DNA of 64,000 nucleotides from Candidatus Gastranaerophilales bacterium (GTDB lineage Bacteria; Cyanobacteriota; Vampirovibrionia; Gastranaerophilales; Gastranaerophilaceae): NCBI GenBank assembly GCA_944327255.1, contig CALVHA010000008.1, positions 11,482 to 75,481 of the forward strand, read 5' to 3'. Shown piece by piece: positions 58,111 to 64,000 of this stretch (position 1 is its first letter; each line of letters starts with the position of its first letter). The notes under the pieces were generated by a model. It saw only the letters and a program-made list of their open reading frames with translations, ran no database searches and was not told where the DNA came from. The position numbers and the translations under genes were made by a program.

Positions 58111-61023
58111 ATGTTTTTCTATGCAGACTTACATATTCATTCAAAATATTCACGTGCAACAAGTAAAGATTGTAATTTAGAACAACTTGCAATCTGGGCT
58201 CAAAAGAAAGGGCTAAGTGTAATTTCAACCGGCGATTTTACACATCCTGCCTGGTTTAATGAGATTAAAGAAAAACTTATACCTGATAATAACGGGGCAT
58301 TCAGGCTAAAACCCGAAATAGAAAAACAAATATTTAAAACTTCTGAACCGGTTAGATTTATACTCTCTGTGGAAATTTCAACCATTTATAAAAAAGGTGA
58401 TAAAACCAGAAAAGTCCACCATGTAGTTTTTACTCCAGATATACAAACCGCAGATAATTTCAGAAGCAGGCTTGGTGCAATAGGCAACATCAATTCTGAC
58501 GGACGCCCAATTTTAGGCCTTGACTCAAGAAATCTTCTCGAAACAGTTTTAGAATCAGGAGAAGGTGCATATATAATCCCTGCCCATATTTGGACTCCAT
58601 GGTTTTCTGTGTTAGGCTCAAAATCAGGATTTGACTCAATAGAAGAATGTTATGATGATTTATCTGAACATATCTTTGCAGTAGAAACTGGACTTTCATC
58701 TGATCCTGAAATGAACTGGCGTGTATCAAAACTTGATAAATTCAGACTTGTTTCAAATTCCGACGCACATTCACCTTCAAAACTTGCAAGAGAAGCTACC
58801 GTTTTCAATACCGCCCCTGATTACTATAGTATTATGAATGCCTTAAAAACAGGCAACGGATATGTCGGGACTGTAGAATTTTTCCCAGAAGAAGGGAAAT
58901 ATCATGAGGACGGGCACAGAAAATGTAATGTTTGCCTCTCCCCAGAAGAAACAAAAAAACTTAACGGGATATGTCCTGTTTGTGGAAAACCGATGACAAT
59001 AGGCGTTCTTAACAGAGTCTGTGAACTAGCAGACAGAAATGCAGATAATTCTTTTAAACCTCAGACAGCAGGACAGGTATTCAGTCTTGTACCACTCCCC
59101 GAAATAATTTCGGAGATTATGCAGGTCGGGACCGCAAGCAAATCCGTTACTAATGAATATGAAAGACTGATTAAAAAGTTTGGATCAGAATTTTCAATAT
59201 TGAGAGAAGTTCCGGTTGAAGATTTATCAAAAGATTCACCTTTGCTGGGAGAAGGTATATCCAGATTAAGAGAAGGAAAAGTTATAAAACATGCAGGTTA
59301 TGACGGGGAATACGGAGTTATAAGGCTTTTTGACGACAGTGAACTTGTAAAAAAAAATTTCATTAACCTGAAACTTGATATTGAAATACCTAAAACCACT
59401 GAAAAAAGAGAAGAACATCATATTGAATATAAAATTAACAATAATCCGGCCTTACAATCAGTACAATCCGTTCAGAAAACGCAATACGATCTTGATGAAT
59501 ATCAGAAAGCAGCAGTTGAAAATACAAATAATCAGCTTCTTATAATTGCAGGTCCAGGTTCAGGGAAAACGACCGTGTTAACACGCCGTATTGCATATCT
59601 TATAAAAGAAAAAAACTTAGAAGCGGCAAAATTTCTTGCAATAACCTTTACACGCAGAGCAGCTGAAGAAATGCGAGAAAGACTTTATAAACTTCTAACA
59701 TCCATTGATGCAAAACAGATAAATATTCATACTTTTCACTCATTATGTCTTTCTATTTTGAAAGATAATTATGAAAAAGCAGACTTAAATCAAGATTTTG
59801 AAGTTATAAGCGAGCAGGAAAAGGCTCTTTATAAAGAATCAATAATTCCTAAAAACATGCTTGAATTCGATGATTTAATAACATATACAGTAAAACTCTT
59901 TGAAAATTATCCGCAAATTGTAAATATGTATCGTGAAAAATTTAAATACATTTCGGTTGATGAATATCAGGATATTGATGAAAACCAATATAAATTAATC
60001 AGATTTCTTGCACCGGATAACGGGAATATCTGTGCAATAGGCGACCCTAATCAGGCTATTTACAGTTTCAGAGGAGGAAATTCGAAATTTTTCAATAATT
60101 TTAAAGAAGATTATAAAAATGTTCAGATGATTAACCTGAAAAATAACTACCGCTCGACAGAAAGCATTGTAAATGCTTCAAATCAAATGATTGAAACATA
60201 TAATATTGTCTCACAATATGATAAACCGCATGAAAAAATTACAATCCATACAGCCCCAACAGATAAAGCGGAAGCTGAATTTGTCATAAGTACAATAGAA
60301 AACCTGATAGGCGGTCACAGTTTCTTCTCAATTGATTCCAACAGAACAAACGGCGGGAGGGAAGATTATTCATTCTCTGATTGTGCAATTCTTTATCGTA
60401 CTTCAACCCAGCTTAAGCCTATACTTGAAGCTCTTGAGCGTTCAGGCATGCCGTATGTAAAATTATCCGATGACTTGTTATGCGACAAAAAAACTGTGCG
60501 TAATTTAATTAAAAATCTTACAACAGAAAGGCCTGTTATTGAACAGCTTAACAATATTGACGAAAATGTAGAAATTGAAGATTATATTTTAGATTATCTG
60601 AAAACAATAGCGCAAACCTCTAACAGCTTACAGGAATTTATTCATCAGGTTTCTTTACTGAAAGAATGCGACACACTTGACGGACGCGCAGACCGAATTT
60701 CATTGATGACACTGCATGCATCAAAAGGGTTGGAATTTAACTGCGTCTTTGTTACAGGTTTGGAAAATGGTATTATTCCTCTGTATCGGGCTGAAACCAC
60801 AGAAGAAATCGAAGAAGAACGACGATTGTTATATGTAGGGATGACAAGAGCAAAACAAAGATTATTCTTAAGCAGAGCAATAAAAAGACAGGTCTTTGGT
60901 TCATTCAAAAATTTACCGATTTCACCATTTTTAGAAAAAATCGAGAAAGATTTACTTGCATTTTCAAAATTTGAAAGAGAACAAAAAGAAAAGGAACACT
61001 CCAGCCAATTAAGCTTGTTCTAA
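58111..61023 (+). CDS. EndoQ-like PHP-domain/Zn-finger nuclease fused to a UvrD-type SF1 helicase
   Basis: N-terminal part: YADLHIHSKYSRATS, STGDFTHPAW, VHHVVF, GRPILG, PAHIWTPWFS, ETGLSSDP, SNSDAHSP, GKYH, CPVCGKPMTIGVLNRVCELAD, GYDGEYG. C-terminal part: IIAGPGSGKTT, VDEYQDID, NYRS, LMTLHASKGLEF, LLYVGMTRAK. Confidence 0.85.
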   Translation: MFFYADLHIHSKYSRATSKDCNLEQLAIWAQKKGLSVISTGDFTHPAWFNEIKEKLIPDNNGAFRLKPEIEKQIFKTSEPVRFILSVEISTIYKKGDKTRKVHHVVFTPDIQTADNFRSRLGAIGNINSDGRPILGLDSRNLLETVLESGEGAYIIPAHIWTPWFSVLGSKSGFDSIEECYDDLSEHIFAVETGLSSDPEMNWRVSKLDKFRLVSNSDAHSPSKLAREATVFNTAPDYYSIMNALKTGNGYVGTVEFFPEEGKYHEDGHRKCNVCLSPEETKKLNGICPVCGKPMTIGVLNRVCELADRNADNSFKPQTAGQVFSLVPLPEIISEIMQVGTASKSVTNEYERLIKKFGSEFSILREVPVEDLSKDSPLLGEGISRLREGKVIKHAGYDGEYGVIRLFDDSELVKKNFINLKLDIEIPKTTEKREEHHIEYKINNNPALQSVQSVQKTQYDLDEYQKAAVENTNNQLLIIAGPGSGKTTVLTRRIAYLIKEKNLEAAKFLAITFTRRAAEEMRERLYKLLTSIDAKQINIHTFHSLCLSILKDNYEKADLNQDFEVISEQEKALYKESIIPKNMLEFDDLITYTVKLFENYPQIVNMYREKFKYISVDEYQDIDENQYKLIRFLAPDNGNICAIGDPNQAIYSFRGGNSKFFNNFKEDYKNVQMINLKNNYRSTESIVNASNQMIETYNIVSQYDKPHEKITIHTAPTDKAEAEFVISTIENLIGGHSFFSIDSNRTNGGREDYSFSDCAILYRTSTQLKPILEALERSGMPYVKLSDDLLCDKKTVRNLIKNLTTERPVIEQLNNIDENVEIEDYILDYLKTIAQTSNSLQEFIHQVSLLKECDTLDGRADRISLMTLHASKGLEFNCVFVTGLENGIIPLYRAETTEEIEEERRLLYVGMTRAKQRLFLSRAIKRQVFGSFKNLPISPFLEKIEKDLLAFSKFEREQKEKEHSSQLSLF

Positions 61024-61222
61024 TGTCATTTTCTCCTACGAATCAACTTTTTAAAATATTAACAAGGGTTGTTTAAAATTGCAACATTCCAACCTTCTTA
61101 AATCTAGTCATTTAACTATGGGGGGTCTTTCTTGAGAGATTTTACCTTTAGAAGCCACATTCTTAAAACTTCTCTAATAACCTCACTGACAAAATTATTA
61201 ATCCTAATCTACTTGTTTGAAA

Positions 61223-61298
61223 TGGTGGAGCGTAGGGGATTTGAACCCCTGACCCCCACACTGCCAGTGTGATGCGCTACCAACTGCGCTAACGCCCC
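61223..61298 (-). tRNA. tRNA-Ala (anticodon GGC), CCA encoded
   Basis: Reverse complement GGGGCGTTAGCGCAGTTGGTAGCGCATCACACTGGCAGTGTGGGGGTCAGGGGTTCAAATCCCCTACGCTCCACCA folds by hand into a cloverleaf: 7-bp acceptor stem with G3:U70, D and T arms, anticodon loop CTGGCAG. Confidence 0.9.
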
Positions 61299-61389
61299 TT
61301 AGTGTATTTATATTAACATAAATATATAAATTTTTAAATAATATATTTTTTATTGTAAAATTTAATTGACCCATAGCAAAGGAAAATTC

Positions 61390-61926
61390 ATGAAAGTAAA
61401 TCTGTTTACAAAATATTCTAATTATTTACTCCCAAACGGAAAAGCCGTAAATAAAGTTATAAATGAAATCGAAAAATCAGATTCTCAAGCACAAATTTAT
61501 CAGAAAAAATTAAAAGGTGGATTAGTTGCAATCTCATCTGCGAAACATGGTCATAATTCATATTCTGATACTTTTACGGTAATAAGAAAAGACGGACGGA
61601 TTTTACGCCAATATAACAGAAATATTGCTTTTACAGAACGAAATCAGATTCAAAGAAAATTTTGGCGTTTAAAATTTACCGGTATCAATGCAAAATGCAA
61701 AGAAATAATTATAGAAAAATATTTCCACAATAAAAAACTTGAAGAAGCTGCACTAAGAAAAACCAATACCTATGATGCCGGAGTTTTAAAAATGGTAACA
61801 TCAAAAGCAGGCAGAAAAACTAAATTCCCTAAAACACCGCTTGGATGGAAAATGATCCCTTCAATGATGGAAAAAAGTGTAGATGAAAACGGAGATATCT
61901 TATATATAGAAAATTATATGAAATAA
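61390..61926 (+). CDS. Hypothetical protein (178 aa)
   Basis: ORF with AAAGGAAAA RBS before ATG 61390. No domain recognised. Confidence 0.45.
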   Translation: MKVNLFTKYSNYLLPNGKAVNKVINEIEKSDSQAQIYQKKLKGGLVAISSAKHGHNSYSDTFTVIRKDGRILRQYNRNIAFTERNQIQRKFWRLKFTGINAKCKEIIIEKYFHNKKLEEAALRKTNTYDAGVLKMVTSKAGRKTKFPKTPLGWKMIPSMMEKSVDENGDILYIENYMK

Positions 61927-61930
61927 AAAA

Positions 61931-62665
61931 TTATTGCCAATTATTTTTATATTTTTCATAACATAATTTGACTTCATTTTTATCAATATTAGATTTTTTT
62001 CTAAATACATACAATGAATCGGATTTTTCAATCACATACAAAAATTTTTCTATAATATGATATTCCGTTCTAAATACATAATCATGTACTAATATTTTAA
62101 TATTATCATCACACTCAAGAATAGTTTTTAAAACACAAGCAACACGGAAGCGCCCATCTACAAGTACCATATCAAATTTAACATCTGTTACATCAAATAT
62201 GTGTGAAGAATATTTATAAAAATTATCATTTACCTCGGCATTTAACGGCACTCCCCACTCACCAACAGGACCAATATCAATGTGGAAAAATTTTAATTTA
62301 TTATTTTCAACACCATTTTTGACAATTTTCCAAGAAGATAAATATTCAATCCAGTTATTATCAGACTCAACAGAAAAAATATTTGTTTTTGAATCCAGTA
62401 ATGCAAGAAATGTCGATCCGCCAGAACCAAACTCTAAATAAAAATCTGAGTCGTTTAAATATTTTTTTAACAATTCCTGTTCATTTTTTGTTAAAACTAA
62501 AGGGAAAATTTCAGGATAAGATTCCTGACAATGAATTTGATACTGCATTAATTGATTAATAAAGTTTTCTTTTGTCTTAATCTGACTTTTAAGAAGCGCT
62601 ATTTGCTTATCAATACCAAAAACTTTACATATACAAATTTTTATCAATGACTTTATTTTGTTCAT
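61931..62665 (-). CDS. Possible class I SAM-dependent methyltransferase-like protein
   Basis: YLEFGSGGSTFLAL (motif I-like) and MVLVDGRFRVAC. Weak. Confidence 0.45.
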   Translation of the reverse strand: MNKIKSLIKICICKVFGIDKQIALLKSQIKTKENFINQLMQYQIHCQESYPEIFPLVLTKNEQELLKKYLNDSDFYLEFGSGGSTFLALLDSKTNIFSVESDNNWIEYLSSWKIVKNGVENNKLKFFHIDIGPVGEWGVPLNAEVNDNFYKYSSHIFDVTDVKFDMVLVDGRFRVACVLKTILECDDNIKILVHDYVFRTEYHIIEKFLYVIEKSDSLYVFRKKSNIDKNEVKLCYEKYKNNWQ

Positions 62666-62714
62666 ATAAATATAAAATAATAAAAATAATTACTAAAATT
62701 GTCAAATATTTTTT

Positions 62715-63473
62715 TTATGAAAGCTTTTTGATATAAAACATTACGTTTTTAATCCACTCTTCAGCCACAGATTTATCACAATATTTTCCCGAATAGCCAA
62801 GATCTGCTACTGATTGCAATTTACTCTTATTATGGTGATTGGAAATAGTTTGTGCCATTACTTCAATACAATCATCCACCTTCGCAAAAGTTCGAAGAGA
62901 ACGTTTCCCCATAATTCCGCCCACATTATTTTTTGAAAGAGCTGCCTTTGAAGTTCCTCTGGCAGACTCAGTCATGGCAATTGCCATTAAAACAGCAGGA
63001 TTAACCCCGTATTCCTTCCCTTTTGAAATAAATACATCTGCTTTATTAACAAGCGGATTATTAATATTTTTCTTTTTCAACAAAAGATTATTCAATAATT
63101 TATTAAATTCTTTAACAGATTTGTTTGAACCAGCCATTAAAGGTATATTTTTAGCAGACTGTAACAAAGGAGATTTTGCCAAGTTTCTTTTTATTGTATG
63201 AGGTCTGGCGTTAAAACAATCTTTAATGAGATAAGAATTTACACTATGTTCAAACACATCTCCGCCATGAGATGTCATCCTGTTTGAAACCGCCATAACT
63301 TTAGCGGTCTGAGGATTTAAACCACTTGATACAAACATAAATGCGGCCATCAATTTACGGCCATTATTTTTTAATTCAGACAAATGTGCATGATTTATAA
63401 CCGATTTGCTTGTTTTGACTGTAGCTTTTACAGCACGAACAACATTATTGCGTGATATACGGGGTATTTTCAT
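62715..63473 (-). CDS. Glucosaminidase/muramidase-domain protein (FlgJ/LytD-type peptidoglycan hydrolase), no obvious signal peptide
   Basis: YGVNPAVLMAIAMTESARGTSKAALSKNNVGGIMG resembles the PF01832-type ...A.ES..G.S.....NN.FGI. core. Confidence 0.6.
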   Translation of the reverse strand: MKIPRISRNNVVRAVKATVKTSKSVINHAHLSELKNNGRKLMAAFMFVSSGLNPQTAKVMAVSNRMTSHGGDVFEHSVNSYLIKDCFNARPHTIKRNLAKSPLLQSAKNIPLMAGSNKSVKEFNKLLNNLLLKKKNINNPLVNKADVFISKGKEYGVNPAVLMAIAMTESARGTSKAALSKNNVGGIMGKRSLRTFAKVDDCIEVMAQTISNHHNKSKLQSVADLGYSGKYCDKSVAEEWIKNVMFYIKKLS

Positions 63474-63511
63474 ATTTATATTCCTTCTTGCAAATTCATT
63501 CTACTACAAAC

Positions 63512-63543
63512 AAAAAAAAAGAGACAATTTTGTTGTCTCTTTT
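63512..63543 (-). terminator. Intrinsic terminator after the CMD-family gene
   Basis: Minus strand: agagacaa caaaa ttgtctct followed by T9. Confidence 0.7.
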
Positions 63544-63570
63544 GCATAAAAATTATTATATAATTATTAA

Positions 63571-64000
63571 TTATTGTTCGCCGAGAACTTCTTTTAAACT
63601 TCTAAGTGCAGCTAATGTATTCGGGAATCCGACATAAGGTAGGCATTGAATTATTGCTGCTGTTACGGTTTCAGCCGAATTTCCGGCTTTAAGGCTTCCT
63701 TTAATATGGCTTTTTAAAGTCGTTGTATTGCCTGTTGTGACAAGTGCTGAAATAAACAGTAATTCTCGAGTTTTAACATCAAGTCCTTCACGAGTATAAA
63801 AATCGCCGAAGCAGACTTCTGTTAAAAATCTTGCAACATCAGCACCCATATCGTCAGGGAGTCCTTCCATTGACTGTTTTATTTCGTCGCCGTACAAAGG
63901 ATTTTGAATATCAGAACCTTTTTGGTAGCGTTCATCTTCTTTAACTGTTGCAGTTGATTTAAGAGGCGTTGCAATTCCTCTTTCTTTAAATACTTCGTTT
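63571..64000 (-). CDS. Carboxymuconolactone decarboxylase (CMD/AhpD-like) family protein, N-terminus beyond the window end
   Basis: ...FLTEVCFGDFYTREGLDVKTRELLFISALVTTGN...LKSHIKGSLKAGNS..E....I.Q...Y.G.P. The frame stays open upstream of the track's TTG start to position 64000 (…NEVFKERGIATPLKSTATVKEDERYQKGSDIQNPLYGDE…). Confidence 0.7.
   Translation of the reverse strand, partial: NEVFKERGIATPLKSTATVKEDERYQKGSDIQNPLYGDEIKQSMEGLPDDMGADVARFLTEVCFGDFYTREGLDVKTRELLFISALVTTGNTTTLKSHIKGSLKAGNSAETVTAAIIQCLPYVGFPNTLAALRSLKEVLGEQ

Overview
AT-rich (about one-third G+C by eye) bacterial chromosomal segment, densely coding on both strands. I support about 57 protein genes, one tRNA-Ala(GGC), about ten hairpin/T-run terminators and a few sigma70-like promoters. 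I saw no rRNA, CRISPR array, transposase, integrase or reverse transcriptase. Most genes are housekeeping: rarA, rpmB, nrdJ, ileS, malQ, folK, a murC-murB-ddl-ftsQ block, rpsP, rimI, eno, waaA, alr, tyrA, glyA, an ABC-F ATPase and a CoA-disulfide-reductase/rhodanese fusion. The Kdo transferase (waaA) and two type IV pilin-like genes suggest a low-GC diderm; a gut Melainabacteria-like lineage is only a guess. Four things stand out. (1) A 2,497-codon ORF (23927-31420) carries in one polypeptide a glycine-zipper membrane block, an ADP-ribosyltransferase-like R/STS/ExE motif set, a RelA/SpoT-like nucleotide pyrophosphokinase motif set and an HD phosphohydrolase motif. A small unknown ORF follows it. 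This toxin/effector-like architecture is my best candidate for an undescribed system. (2) A WYL-domain regulator (42950-43912) sits next to unknown genes: a TPR membrane protein, a divergent guanidino-modifying-enzyme-fold protein ending in GIHC, and a possible PcfJ-like protein. A UvrD helicase fused to a Cas4-like 4-Cys nuclease lies just beyond. (3) An EndoQ-like PHP/Zn-finger nuclease is fused to a UvrD helicase (58111-61023), beside a DUF2971 gene and a tRNA. (4) Three unrelated hypothetical proteins share an N-terminal N-rich ...[PT]xFK[GM] motif. All functional calls rest on motifs read by eye from the supplied translations; no database search was run.
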